Positions 50,392 to 63,076 of a stretch of DNA of 64,000 nt are shown here, in pieces; position 1 is the stretch's first letter; each line of letters opens with the position of its first letter. The notes under the pieces were generated by a model that saw only the letters and a program-made list of their open reading frames with translations, searched no databases and had not been told where the DNA came from. The stretch comes from Myxococcota bacterium (lineage in GTDB: Bacteria > Myxococcota_A > UBA9160 > UBA4427): contig JAYZFK010000062.1 in assembly GCA_036336835.1 (NCBI GenBank), positions 128,001 to 192,000 on the forward strand. The letters are read 5' to 3'. Made by a program: the position numbers and the translations under genes.

Positions 50392-52944
50392 CTAGGCGCT
50401 CCCACTCGCGCCGTCTCCTTCCGAGAGATCACCCTCAGCGAGGCGGGCGATCGCCACCAGGGTCTCGTCAGCGGCGAGGTCCATGACGCGAACGCCCTGC
50501 GTGGCCCGGCCCATGGTCGAGATCCCCGAGACGGGACAACGCAGGACCTTGCCGGCGTTCGTGATCAGCATCAGCTCGTCATCGACGACGACCTGCGCCA
50601 CACCGATGACCGGGCCATTGCGCTGGCTCGTCCGGATCGTGATGATGCCCTGGCCACCTCGCCGCTGGACACGGTAGGCCTCGAGGGGTGTGCGCTTGCC
50701 GTAGCCGCGCTCGGTCACGGTCAGAATCGTGGCGCCCGGCGACAGGATCTCCATGCCGACGACTTCGTCGCTCGCTGCCAGTGCCATGCCGCGCACGCCC
50801 GCCGCCGTGCGACCCATCGCACGCACGTCGCTCTCCGCAAAGCGGATCGACTTGCCGCCCCGCGAGGCGATGATCACCTCGTTGCCCGCACGCGTACGCC
50901 CGGCCGAGATCAGCTCGTCATCGCCCGCCAGATTGATCGCAATGATCCCGCCGCGGCGCGGATTCGCGTAGGCACTGAGCTTCGTCTTCTTGATCACGCC
51001 CTTGCGCGTCAACAGCAGGACGTTATCACCCCCGACGCCCTCGAAGCCGCGCACGGCAAGCATGGTCTGGACGCGCTCCTCGGCCTGTAGCTGCAGCACG
51101 TTCACCAGCGCCTTGCCCTTGGCCGCGCGCCCCAGCTGTGGCAGCTCGTGCACCTTGAGCCAGTGCACGCGCCCGCGGTTGGTAAAGAACAGCAGGTAGG
51201 CATGCGTACTGGCGACGAACAGGTGACGCACGAAGTCCGCATCACGCGTCTGCATGCCCTTGGCGCCCTTGCCACCGCGCCGCTGGGCGCGGTATTGCGT
51301 GAGCGGATTGCGCTTGATGTAACCGAGGTGCGACAGGGTCACGACCATGTCTTCCTCGACGATCAGGTCCTCGGTCGAGAAACTCTCGACCGCACTCCCG
51401 ATCTCGGTGCGCCGCTCGTCGCCGTACTGCTCGGCGATCTCTTCGATCTCCTCGATCACGACGCCGAGCACGCGCTCATCGCTGCTGAGCAGCCCTCGCA
51501 GCTCTTCGATCTTTTCGCGCAGCTCGGCGAGGTCGTCGAGCACGCGCTGGCGCTCCATCCCGGTCAGGGCTCGCAAGCGCATGTCCAGGATCGCCTGTGC
51601 CTGGCGATCGCTGAGCTCGAAACGCTCTATCAGCTGCGTGCGTGCCGAGGCAGTGTCCTCGGCGGCACGGATGAGCGCGATCACCTCATCGAGGTGGCCG
51701 AGCGCAATCTCGAAGCCTTCGAGGATGTGTGCGCGTGCCTCGGCCTGCGCCAGATCGAAAGTGGCGCGCCGGATCACGACCTCGCGGCGGAAGTCGAGGA
51801 AGTGCCGAAGGCACTGCTTGATCGAAAGCACCTCGGGTCGGCCGTTGACCAGAGCCAACAGGTTCACACCAAAGGTCGACTGCAGTGGCGTCAGCTTGTA
51901 GAGCTGGTTGAGCACGACTTCGTCGGCGGCGTCCTTGCGCAGCTCGACCACGATGCGCATGCCCTGACGATTGCTCTCGTCGCGCAGGTCGGTGACGCCG
52001 TCGATCCGGCCCTCGCGGACGAGATCGGCCATACGCTCGAGCATCGCCGACTTGTTCACCTGGTACGGAATCTCACTGATCACGATACGCGGCCCCTTGC
52101 GGCCGTCCTCGATTCCGGCACGGCCGCGCAGGGTCAGGTGACCCTTCCCTGTCGCGAAGTAGCTGCGGATCGGATCGGTGCCGCACAGCATCGCACCGGT
52201 TGGGAAATCCGGCCCCGGCATCACCGCCAGGATGTCGTCCACCGTGCAATCGGGGTTGCGCGCCTCGAGCACCAGCGCTTCCGACAGCTCGCCCAGATTG
52301 TGGGGCGGGATGTTGGTCGCCATACCGACTGCGATTCCCGACGATCCGTTCGCGAGCAGGTTCGAGAAGCGGCTCGGCAGCACCATTGGCTCTTCCATCG
52401 AGCCATCGAAGTTCGGCGCGAACTCGACCGTCTGACGGTCGATGTCGCGCAGCATCTCCTCGGCCAGGCGGTTGAGCCGCGCCTCGGTGTAGCGGTAGGC
52501 GGCCGCGGAATCACCGTCGATCGAGCCGAAGTTGCCCTGTCCGTCGACCAGCGGATATCGGAGCGAGAAGTCCTGTGCCATGCGGACCATGGCGTCGTAG
52601 ACCGCCGAATCGCCGTGCGGGTGATAGTGCTTGAGCACCTCGCCTACCACACCGGCGCTCTTGCTGTAGGGGCGGTTGCTGAGCAGCCCCTCCTGGTTCA
52701 TCGCGTAGAGGATGCGGCGGTGGACCGGCTTCAGACCATCGCGCACGTCGGGCAGGGCGCGAGAGATGATGACACTCATCGAGTACGCGAGGAACGAGGT
52801 GCGAACCTCGTCCTCGATCGCGACCGGCTGGCTTCCCGCGCCGTGATCGCCCCCGCCGGCGTCGCCATCGCCCGGCGGGCTGGGCGGGTTGGTGTCCCCG
52901 CCCTTGGGCAGATCTCCTTGCGGTTGTTCCGGCTCGTCGGCCAT
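50392..52944 (-). CDS. gyrA: DNA gyrase subunit A
   Basis: [26 protein letters not shown], GyrA box QRRGGKG. Confidence 0.97.
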   Translation of the reverse strand: MADEPEQPQGDLPKGGDTNPPSPPGDGDAGGGDHGAGSQPVAIEDEVRTSFLAYSMSVIISRALPDVRDGLKPVHRRILYAMNQEGLLSNRPYSKSAGVVGEVLKHYHPHGDSAVYDAMVRMAQDFSLRYPLVDGQGNFGSIDGDSAAAYRYTEARLNRLAEEMLRDIDRQTVEFAPNFDGSMEEPMVLPSRFSNLLANGSSGIAVGMATNIPPHNLGELSEALVLEARNPDCTVDDILAVMPGPDFPTGAMLCGTDPIRSYFATGKGHLTLRGRAGIEDGRKGPRIVISEIPYQVNKSAMLERMADLVREGRIDGVTDLRDESNRQGMRIVVELRKDAADEVVLNQLYKLTPLQSTFGVNLLALVNGRPEVLSIKQCLRHFLDFRREVVIRRATFDLAQAEARAHILEGFEIALGHLDEVIALIRAAEDTASARTQLIERFELSDRQAQAILDMRLRALTGMERQRVLDDLAELREKIEELRGLLSSDERVLGVVIEEIEEIAEQYGDERRTEIGSAVESFSTEDLIVEEDMVVTLSHLGYIKRNPLTQYRAQRRGGKGAKGMQTRDADFVRHLFVASTHAYLLFFTNRGRVHWLKVHELPQLGRAAKGKALVNVLQLQAEERVQTMLAVRGFEGVGGDNVLLLTRKGVIKKTKLSAYANPRRGGIIAINLAGDDELISAGRTRAGNEVIIASRGGKSIRFAESDVRAMGRTAAGVRGMALAASDEVVGMEILSPGATILTVTERGYGKRTPLEAYRVQRRGGQGIITIRTSQRNGPVIGVAQVVVDDELMLITNAGKVLRCPVSGISTMGRATQGVRVMDLAADETLVAIARLAEGDLSEGDGASGSA

Positions 52945-52957
52945 GACGTCTCTCGCG

Positions 52958-55504
<2,547 letters not shown>

Positions 55505-55663
55505 CTATGAGACGACGTTCCGACGCGTCGAACGCGTCGATGAGAGGGAGGGCCGCGTGAGAGTAGTGAAGGGGTAAGTGTGCGTAAAGGTTCCGAGTTC
55601 GCGTTTTTCGCCTGGTATCGGGTCGGCTTCCCCGGCGCGCTCACGAGAAACTCTCGAGATTCC

Positions 55664-56788
55664 TCAGATGCGCATCGGCATGACCACGGCGAGCGTCTCC
55701 TGATCATCGGCCGGGACGACTTCCGCGGGGGATAGATCGTCCTGAAAACCGAGGATGACCTCTTTTGCCCGCAACGCTCCAAGCGCGTCCAGCAGGTAGC
55801 GAGCGTTGAAGCCGATCGCGAGCGACTCACCCTCGTAGTCGATATCGAGTTCCTCCGTGGCTTCACCCAGGTCGGGATTGCTCGAAGAAATAGTCAGCTT
55901 GTTGTCGCCGAGCTCGAACTTGACGGCACGACTTCGCTCGGAGGACAGCAGGGCAACACGTCGCAGTGCATGACTGAGCATATCTGTAGGGATCGTAACC
56001 CGGCGGGAAATCTGCTTTGGAACGACCTGTGAGTAGTTGGGAAACTCGCCCTCGATGAGGCGCATGATCAGGGTGACTGTACCCTTGCGCGCCAAGCCGT
56101 TGTTGCCCTCGAAGGCGAGCTCAACCTCGTCGGCGTCGTCTTCGTCGACGAGTCTCTTCAGCTCCGCCAGGCCCTTTCGCGGAATGATCACACCGCTCGC
56201 CAATCCACTGGGGTCGCTCGCAAGTGTCCGGTCGATCCGTGCCAGTCGATGGCCATCGGTGGCAACCATTCGAATCTTGCCGCTGTCCGCCAAAACCTCG
56301 AGATGTACACCATTCAGGTTGTAGCGGGTCTCATCTACGGACGAGGCATACATCGTGCATTCGATCATAGTCGAGAGCAATGCAGCTTGAACGGGTACGG
56401 TCCGTTCGGGCGTAAAGGCGGGAAGGGTCGGATACTCCTCTGCTGCAGTCCCAGCAAGTGTGAAATTCACGCGCGCACAATGAATTGCTAGAAACGAGTT
56501 CTTTGTTGCCTCGAGCTCAACCTCCTCGTCCGGGAGCTCGCGTACGATCTCGTAGAGCTTCTTTGCCGACACCGTGAGATCTCCGGTCTTCGTAATCTCG
56601 ACCGGATGACTACTTTGAATGCCCACTTCGAGATCTGTCGCAGCTAGTCGGAGCGAGCCATTCGAGCCCTTGCCAGTGGCTTCGAGCAACACGTTGGCAA
56701 GGATTGGCATCGAGTTGCGCTTCTCGACGATCGCCTGGATGCGTGCCAGGCCTTGCTGCAACTCGCCTTTCGAAATGGAAAGCTTCAT
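55664..56788 (-). CDS. dnaN: DNA polymerase III beta clamp
   Basis: MPILANVLL, ATDLE, ATDGHRLA, IIPRK, FPNY, GFNARYL, VVMPMRI. Confidence 0.97.
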   Translation of the reverse strand: MKLSISKGELQQGLARIQAIVEKRNSMPILANVLLEATGKGSNGSLRLAATDLEVGIQSSHPVEITKTGDLTVSAKKLYEIVRELPDEEVELEATKNSFLAIHCARVNFTLAGTAAEEYPTLPAFTPERTVPVQAALLSTMIECTMYASSVDETRYNLNGVHLEVLADSGKIRMVATDGHRLARIDRTLASDPSGLASGVIIPRKGLAELKRLVDEDDADEVELAFEGNNGLARKGTVTLIMRLIEGEFPNYSQVVPKQISRRVTIPTDMLSHALRRVALLSSERSRAVKFELGDNKLTISSSNPDLGEATEELDIDYEGESLAIGFNARYLLDALGALRAKEVILGFQDDLSPAEVVPADDQETLAVVMPMRI

Positions 56789-57047
56789 ACCACGATTCCC
56801 ATGTGCTTCTCCTCTTCTCGTTCCTATTTTAAGAAAGAGAGAGCGAAGTAGCAGATAGCGTCCGTATCCGACGAAACCGACCGATAACGTTGAAAGACAA
56901 GCGGTTTCTCGGATCGCGGATCAGTACGTCCTACGTAGCGGAGGCTGGCGAAACGTCGATCCTGTCGATCGCCCCCCTGATCGCGAGCTCCACAAGATAG
57001 GAGCTTACCACGCCAGAGACATCAGGGATCGAACGAGAGGGATCGAC
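56789..57047. other. Putative oriC-like intergenic region (no canonical DnaA boxes)
   Basis: Upstream of dnaN; AT-rich TATTTTAAGAAA, trio-like GAAGTAGCAGATAG, seven GATC; lies near the gene-strand switch. Confidence 0.45.
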
Positions 57048-58559
57048 TCACTCAGCCTCCTGCCGTCGGTACAACTTCCAAACGCCGTGCTGGCTGATTT
57101 CATCAAAGCGCTCGCGGACCACCCGATTCGGGCGCGAATCGCCGACTTCGCTGGAGGAATTCGCTTCGTTCCAGCGGTCCCACTCTCCGCTGAGGAGTAG
57201 CCAGTCGGCGCTCTCGAGGTCCTGAGTAAGACGAGTTCCGAGACGATTTGCCGAGTTTGGGTTGAGCTCGAGGTAGTAGCTGGCAGGAATTAGCTCGGGG
57301 AAGAAGAAATAGAGGTGAAGATCGCTGTAGCGGGTTCGGCTGAGATCGGTTGGTCCAATGAACAATCGCTCACCCGGTTCGAGGCGCTCGTCCAGCACAC
57401 TGCCGAGCTCGCGAAAGGCAGAGATTTCGTGGCTATTTCGAGCGGGGAGCCTGCGTTCGTTGCGATGCAGCCAGACTACATGAGGCCGGGAGACGAGATG
57501 CTCGAGCGAGACTACAGCCACCTTGGCCGCGGGAGTCCCCGCAGTCGTCAAGATGATCCCCGCCGTCAGTCCCAGGCGAGGTAGCTGGCGCATTCGCCGA
57601 GCCATCAGCGAATCGAGAGTGAGGGGAAAAACCCCCCCCACCACGACACAGGCATAGAGCAGGTGATCTGCATCCAGACGCTGCCAGGCCTGTGGCAGCA
57701 ATCCGAGACATAACCCAGCGACCATGAAAGCCTCGGCTCGGTCACTGGAGGCAACTTCCCGGACACGCCAGGCAGATAGCAAGCTCGTTACCAGGCCAAT
57801 CCCGAGCAGTAGAAGCAGGCGGAGCGAGGTTGTTTCGAGAGAGGAGAAGGGGAGTCGACGCGCCGGTCCGGTCAGGAAGACCGGACCCACGATGAGATCG
57901 TCGATCGCATTGGGTAGTGAAATCACCGCAAAATAGAGACCCAGTGGGACGATCGCCGAGACAAAACCGAGAGTAAAAAACCCTAATTCTTTTCGGATAT
58001 CGTATCGGTATCCCCACATTCCGGCTGTGGCAATCAGGGCCGCTGCCAGGATCAGGTCGAGCCGAAACCACAGAGCAAGGCCCATCAGCGCGCCACAGAG
58101 AATTCGTCGCTGCGCCTGCAGGGCGACTACAGCCCAGACGAGAATTGCGAGACCGGCGACCCACGAGAAGGCCTCGAGACGAAGCGGCTGGAGCAGCACC
58201 GCGGTCGTAATGCCGCATACCGCCCCGGTTATCGCACCGCGGCGGCTGCCGAGCAGGACGATTCCGAGGATCAGGACGACCCGGTAGGTGAGCCCCACGA
58301 GACGTTCGACCGCAATCGAAGGCTCGAAGAGCTGGTAGCAGAGTGCCAATAGGAAGAAGTTGCCGGGCGGATAGCTCGCCAGGAAGTCGCGATGCGGAAG
58401 CAGCCCGCGCAGGATCAGCTCCGGGTAGACGAGAAGCATCCCTTCGTCCTGGGGGCGATGGACGGGAGCGTCGAACCAGGCGAGCAGTGGTGCTGCGAAC
58501 AGCAGCGCGACGCCGCAAGCCAGAATGCGCGCGCGCGCGTCGGGGTCGAGCGACCTCAT
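57048..58559 (-). CDS. Polytopic membrane protein, GT-C (ArnT/PMT-like) glycosyltransferase-like
   Basis: DEG motif after the first TM (PQDEG...PHRDF..YPPG), many TM helices, soluble C-terminal domain. No AAA+ motifs. Confidence 0.65.
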   Translation of the reverse strand: MRSLDPDARARILACGVALLFAAPLLAWFDAPVHRPQDEGMLLVYPELILRGLLPHRDFLASYPPGNFFLLALCYQLFEPSIAVERLVGLTYRVVLILGIVLLGSRRGAITGAVCGITTAVLLQPLRLEAFSWVAGLAILVWAVVALQAQRRILCGALMGLALWFRLDLILAAALIATAGMWGYRYDIRKELGFFTLGFVSAIVPLGLYFAVISLPNAIDDLIVGPVFLTGPARRLPFSSLETTSLRLLLLLGIGLVTSLLSAWRVREVASSDRAEAFMVAGLCLGLLPQAWQRLDADHLLYACVVVGGVFPLTLDSLMARRMRQLPRLGLTAGIILTTAGTPAAKVAVVSLEHLVSRPHVVWLHRNERRLPARNSHEISAFRELGSVLDERLEPGERLFIGPTDLSRTRYSDLHLYFFFPELIPASYYLELNPNSANRLGTRLTQDLESADWLLLSGEWDRWNEANSSSEVGDSRPNRVVRERFDEISQHGVWKLYRRQEAE

Positions 58560-58595
58560 ACTCCGTTGACGCTACCACGCGGGTCTGCTGGACGG

Positions 58596-58624
58596 TTGGC
58601 GAGGGGAGAGGGCGCCGTTATCCT
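58596..58624 (+). promoter_or_regulatory. Sigma-70-type promoter for the rpmH operon
   Basis: TTGGCG-N17-TATCCT, followed by a leader hairpin GCCTTCGG...CCGAAGGC. Confidence 0.5.
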
Positions 58625-58742
58625 CCGCGGGCCTTCGGTCCGGGTGGCCCCGAAGGCGATCTTTACCCGTCCCGCCCGAATCAGCTCCATCACCGGAATC
58701 GAGCCACTCTCACTTCGAGGGCTCGGGAAGAGATACAAGGTC

Positions 58743-58892
58743 ATGAAGCGAACCTACCAGCCGAGTCGAATCCGTCGTCGTCGCAAGCACGGCTTCCGCT
58801 CTCGCATGAAGACCGCAGGGGGCCGGACAATCCTCAAGCGACGCAGGGCGAAGGGCCGCACGCGCCTGGCTCCGTCCACACCCTCGAAGTAA
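58743..58892 (+). CDS. rpmH: 50S ribosomal protein L34
   Basis: [22 protein letters not shown]...RRRAKGR. Confidence 0.97.
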   Translation: MKRTYQPSRIRRRRKHGFRSRMKTAGGRTILKRRRAKGRTRLAPSTPSK

Positions 58893-58894
58893 CG

Positions 58895-59281
58895 ATGGCT
58901 GCAGCGCTGACCGGCCGTTTCGCGCGGTCGGATCGATTGCGGGCATCTCGCGACTATCGACGTGTCGCCGCGCAGGGACGTCGACTCGCCTCGCGCGAGT
59001 TCGTGGTCCTCGTTGCTCCAGCGAGACCCGTGGCGACGGCGCGAGTGCGGCTGGGCATCACCGCGAGTCGCAAAGTCGGCAACGCGGTGACGCGCAACCG
59101 GGTGAAGCGCGCCGTGCGCGAGTGGTTCCGAAGCTGCCGGGACGGGCTGGGTGGTGGAAACGACGGGCTCGACGTCGTGGTGATCGCGCGCCGCGCCGCG
59201 AGGGAGCTCGACTCGGGTGGCATTGCCGAACGCTTGAGTTCGCTGTTGGAGCGTGGCGAGGGGAAAGTGGGGCGCGCGTGA
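58895..59281 (+). CDS. rnpA: Ribonuclease P protein component
   Basis: [21 protein letters not shown]; synteny. Confidence 0.95.
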   Translation: MAAALTGRFARSDRLRASRDYRRVAAQGRRLASREFVVLVAPARPVATARVRLGITASRKVGNAVTRNRVKRAVREWFRSCRDGLGGGNDGLDVVVIARRAARELDSGGIAERLSSLLERGEGKVGRA

Positions 59282-59577
59282 GCGCGGCGCGCGACACGTT
59301 CCACCGCGCCGTCCGTCGCTCATTGCCGGCGGGCGTACTTTCGGTGCTCGTCCGTGCGTATCAGCTGGCGATTGCCCCACTGTTGGGCCCGCGCTGTCGC
59401 TTCCATCCGAGCTGCTCGCACTATGCACTCGAAGCGCTCGCGACTCATGGTGCCGCGCGAGGAGGTTGGCTGTCGGCGCGCCGCATCGGCCGCTGTCATC
59501 CGCTGAGCGAAGGCGGGTTCGACCCTGTTCCCATCTTGGCCGTCCGGCAGTCGGACCACCGATCGGGAAGCGCGTAG
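59278..59577 (+). CDS. yidD: Membrane protein insertion efficiency factor
   Basis: YQLAIAP...[10 protein letters not shown]...RCHP..GGFDPVP. Confidence 0.93.
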   Translation: MSAARDTFHRAVRRSLPAGVLSVLVRAYQLAIAPLLGPRCRFHPSCSHYALEALATHGAARGGWLSARRIGRCHPLSEGGFDPVPILAVRQSDHRSGSA

Positions 59578-59586
59578 GGCCTCACG

Positions 59587-61281
59587 GTGGATCGCAACTT
59601 TCTCCTCGCCGTCGTGCTCTCGATGCTGGTGGTCATGTTCTGGTCGAGCAGCCGGCAGCCGTCCGAGACATCGACGGAGTCGAGCCCCGAGGTCGCCGCC
59701 GAGGGTGAGAGGGCCCCGTCGGGAAGCCTCGTCGGCCCGCAGTCCGATGCCAGCGGCGGCGAGACCCGTGTGGCGGAACGGCGTGCGTCCCCGGAGGCGC
59801 TCGAGCAGCGTGGCGAGCCCGCTTTCGAGCCGTGGGTTCGGACGATCGAAGGAGCGCAATTCGTCGCCGAACTGAGCAATCGCGGCGGCACGCTGATCCG
59901 CTACGCGCTGCGGGACTACGAAACGGCAGCCAGCGAAGGGCCCCCGGAGCCGATCGACCTGATCGACAGCCCGGCGGGCGGACTCCAGGTCGGCGCGACG
60001 CCTTTCGAGGAGCTCGGGATTGGGAACCTGAGGGAAGCTCAATTCGAAGTCGAAGAGCAAGACAGTCGTAGCGTGACGTTCGCGTTGACGCGCGACGGCA
60101 TAACAGTGCGCAAGCACTACCGATTCGATCTCGACGCCTATACCTTCGAGTTCTCCGTTGCGGTCGAGAACATGTCGGGAGAACTGCTTCGTCCGCGCTT
60201 CGAGATCGAGTGGCCGGTGGCGATCCGCGAGGGAAACGATTACGCGAACCTGTCACTCGTGACGCGTCACGACGGCGAAGTGGATCGCACGCCCGTCGGC
60301 AGCGTGGGGTCGAGCGGATTCCTCGGATTCGGGGCCGACGACGGCAAGCCAAAGACGGGTGGGATCGAATGGTTTGGCGTCGATGCGACCTACTTCGTCG
60401 GAGCCCTGGCACCGCAGCGGGGTAGCGACGCGCTGGTTTCGTCCGTCGCTCTTCGCAAGGGAGAGATTGCGGCGAACGTGCTGAGCTTTGCTGGCATCAT
60501 GCTTCCTTCGGGCAACCGCATCACGCAGGAGCTGCGGGGCTACATTGGTCCGAAGCTCGAGCAGGAGCTGGCAGACTTCGGGGCCGACCTCACGACCTCG
60601 GTGGACCGCGGCTGGTCGTGGGTACAGCCGCTGACTCGGTTCTTTGGCTGGCTGCTGCGGGCGTTGTACGAGTTCATCCCGAACTACGGCTGGGTGATCA
60701 TCGTGGTCACCTTCCTGGTCCGGGTCGTGACGCTCCCGATCGTCCAGAAGCAGATGAAGTCGATGGAGAGGATGCGCGCGCTCCAGCCGCGCATGAAGGA
60801 GATCCAGAAGAAGTTCGCGGACGACAAAGAGAAGCAGTCGCAGGCGACAATGGCGCTGTACAAGGAAGAGGGCGTGAACCCGCTCGGCGGCTGCCTGCCG
60901 ATGCTGCTTCAGCTGCCTGTCTTCATCGGTCTGTTCTATGCGCTCAGGAGCTCGATCGAGCTACGGCACGCGCCGTTCATTTTTTGGATGACAGATTTGT
61001 CAGCTCCGGATCAGCTATTCCTGATTCCGGGTATCGAGTTGCCCTTGCGCGTGCTTCCGCTGCTGATGGCCGGCAGCATGGTGTTGCAGGCCAAGTTCCA
61101 GCCGATGTCGCCCGACCCGGCGCAAGCACAGATGATGACCACAGTGATGCCGATCATGATGCTGGTCCTCTTCTACCAGTTTCCGTCGGGTCTCGTGCTC
61201 TACTACATGCTCAGCAATTTTCTCGGGATCGCCCACCAGCGTTGGGTCGGTCGTAACATGAACAAGGCGAAGGAGGCCTAG
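59587..61281 (+). CDS. yidC: Membrane protein insertase YidC
   Basis: NYGWVII, NPLGGCLPMLLQLPVF, WMTDLSAPD, FPSGLVLYY. Confidence 0.97.
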   Translation: MDRNFLLAVVLSMLVVMFWSSSRQPSETSTESSPEVAAEGERAPSGSLVGPQSDASGGETRVAERRASPEALEQRGEPAFEPWVRTIEGAQFVAELSNRGGTLIRYALRDYETAASEGPPEPIDLIDSPAGGLQVGATPFEELGIGNLREAQFEVEEQDSRSVTFALTRDGITVRKHYRFDLDAYTFEFSVAVENMSGELLRPRFEIEWPVAIREGNDYANLSLVTRHDGEVDRTPVGSVGSSGFLGFGADDGKPKTGGIEWFGVDATYFVGALAPQRGSDALVSSVALRKGEIAANVLSFAGIMLPSGNRITQELRGYIGPKLEQELADFGADLTTSVDRGWSWVQPLTRFFGWLLRALYEFIPNYGWVIIVVTFLVRVVTLPIVQKQMKSMERMRALQPRMKEIQKKFADDKEKQSQATMALYKEEGVNPLGGCLPMLLQLPVFIGLFYALRSSIELRHAPFIFWMTDLSAPDQLFLIPGIELPLRVLPLLMAGSMVLQAKFQPMSPDPAQAQMMTTVMPIMMLVLFYQFPSGLVLYYMLSNFLGIAHQRWVGRNMNKAKEA

Positions 61282-61336
61282 CCTCGGGCCGTCATTGCTC
61301 GAGGACTGGACTCCGCAAGCCCGGAGGGCATCCCCG

Positions 61337-62242
61337 ATGTACGACAAACAGAACGAAGCTCGCGAATTCTTCGCGGACTCCAGGGACGAGGCGGTTGCAG
61401 AGGCCGCCCGGTTCTTCGAGATGGAAGAGTCCGAGCTGCGTCTCTCGGAGTTCGACCCGCTCGCCGTGCATGGGCTCGGCGGCCGGATCGTTGTGGTTGC
61501 CGCGCCCAGTGGCGCACCGCGGGTCACCCCGGGCGGTGGGGATGGCGACCGCGGGGGCCGCCGGGAGCGCGGCGGTCGGGATCGCGAGCGCGGCGGTCGG
61601 GACCGGGAGCGCGGCGGTCGGGACCGGGAACGCGGCGGTCGGGATCGTGAGCCGAGCGGGCGAGGTCGGGGTCGCGACGACGACGTTCGCCGACCAGAAC
61701 GACTCGTCGCGGCAGAGGACTCCAACGGGACCGCGCAGGGTGAGCTCGGCGAGATCGGGCAATTCCTGCTCGGAGTGGTCGAGCGGATGGGCCTGGGCCC
61801 GTTCGAGATCGGCGAGTCTTCGGACGGCGACTTCCTGGTCGTGCGGCTGGACGGCGACGCGGCGGCAGCACTCGCAGCCGGCGATGGCCGTGGGATCGAT
61901 GCGCTCCAGCTGCTGGCGAACCAGGCTTCGATGCGGAATGACGCCGATGCGCAGCGGGTCATCGTCGACGTACAGGGGAGCTCCGAGAAGCGCGAGCAGT
62001 TCCTGACTCGGCTGGCCGAGCGCGCAGCCAGGCGGTCGGTGGACAGCAAGCGGTCGGTCGCGCTCGATCCGATGAACCCGAAGGATCGTCGCATTATCCA
62101 CATGGCACTGCGAGATTCGGACGAGGTTGCCACGATGAGCACGGGATCCGGTGGATATCGCCAGGTGGTGGTGGTGCCGAGTGGCTCTCCCGAATTCGAC
62201 GATGCGCAGCGGGCTTCGCAAGAGGCCAGCCAGCGAGACTGA
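61337..62242 (+). CDS. jag: Jag/KhpB (EloR) RNA-binding protein
   Basis: Jag_N-like start, KH-like DALQLL, R3H motif PMNPKDRRIIH; follows yidC. Confidence 0.88.
   Translation: MYDKQNEAREFFADSRDEAVAEAARFFEMEESELRLSEFDPLAVHGLGGRIVVVAAPSGAPRVTPGGGDGDRGGRRERGGRDRERGGRDRERGGRDRERGGRDREPSGRGRGRDDDVRRPERLVAAEDSNGTAQGELGEIGQFLLGVVERMGLGPFEIGESSDGDFLVVRLDGDAAAALAAGDGRGIDALQLLANQASMRNDADAQRVIVDVQGSSEKREQFLTRLAERAARRSVDSKRSVALDPMNPKDRRIIHMALRDSDEVATMSTGSGGYRQVVVVPSGSPEFDDAQRASQEASQRD
61565..61648 (+). repeat. In-frame 21-bp tandem repeat x4 (ERGGRDR)
   Basis: GA(G/A)CGCGGCGGTCGGGA(T/C)CGN repeated four times in the jag linker. Confidence 0.92.
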
Positions 62243-62246
62243 TGCG

Positions 62247-62262
62247 CGTTCCACGTGGAACG
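62247..62262. promoter_or_regulatory. parS: parS centromere-like site
   Basis: Perfect palindrome CGTTCCACGTGGAACG matching the GTT(T/C)CACGTG(A/G)AAC core; upstream of rsmG-parA. Confidence 0.88.
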
Positions 62263-62315
62263 GAAAAGCTCGGCGAGCAGCCTGTAGCGGGACGGCCCCG
62301 GCGAGCTCGCGCGCA

Positions 62316-62331
62316 CGTTCCACGGGGAACG
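62316..62331. promoter_or_regulatory. parS: Second parS site (one mismatch)
   Basis: CGTTCCACGGGGAACG, 69 bp from the first site. Confidence 0.78.
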
Positions 62332-62342
62332 GAATCGAGACG

Positions 62343-62978
62343 ATGAGTGGGGTTGACCGGGATGAGCTCGCCGCGCGACTGAGAGCTGGCCTCGAGACCA
62401 TCGGTGCACCGTTTCCACCGGAGGCCCCAGGACAGCTCGCCGATCTCGCCCTGTTGGTCGCCACGTGGGGGCGCCGAATCAACCTCTCCGGGCATCGGTC
62501 GCCGATGCAGATCGGCGACCGGCTGATCCTCGATGCTGCAGCACTTTCGGCAAAGCTTCCGGCTTTCCAGTCCCTGGTCGATCTCGGGTCCGGGGCGGGT
62601 TTTCCCGGCTTGCCGATCGCGATCCTATACCCGGAGGCCGAGCTAGTCCTGGTCGAAGCGCGACGGCGGCGACATTATTTTCAGCGGGCAGTGGTCCGCC
62701 AGCTCGAGATCCCCAATGCCCAACCGCTCCACGGAAGGATCGAGCAGCTCGTGCCGAGGCCTTGCACGGTTGCGTTGGCGCAGGCGGTCGGCCCCGCACC
62801 CAAGGTGGCTGCCTCGATGCGTCCATGGGTTCTACCCGGCGGGTGGATCGGCATTCCAACCGTCGTCGATGCCACCGAACCCGACTTCGGGGCCGATCTG
62901 GGCCATTGCCGTGCTGTCGACTACACGGTACCGGGCGGGCCGCGACGCAAGCTCTGGATGCTCGGATCCGTTGCCTGA
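62343..62978 (+). CDS. rsmG: 16S rRNA m7G527 methyltransferase RsmG (GidB), divergent
   Basis: RINLS, DLGSGAGFPGLPIAI, LVEA, GRIE; upstream of parA. Confidence 0.85.
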   Translation: MSGVDRDELAARLRAGLETIGAPFPPEAPGQLADLALLVATWGRRINLSGHRSPMQIGDRLILDAAALSAKLPAFQSLVDLGSGAGFPGLPIAILYPEAELVLVEARRRRHYFQRAVVRQLEIPNAQPLHGRIEQLVPRPCTVALAQAVGPAPKVAASMRPWVLPGGWIGIPTVVDATEPDFGADLGHCRAVDYTVPGGPRRKLWMLGSVA

Positions 62979-63076
62979 GTCCAGCTAGACGGGCATCGGC
63001 CCTGCATCGCCAATGCGCGTGTGGTACCTACCGCTGCAGCGTCAGCGCCGTCAACCCTCGCTCCGTGGTTCTCGTG

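Noticed and set aside
62094..62102. Perfect DnaA box TTATCCACA near the parS sites
   Set aside because: Single copy inside jag, explained by the codons of the conserved R3H motif (att atc cac atg, I-I-H-M); no cluster.
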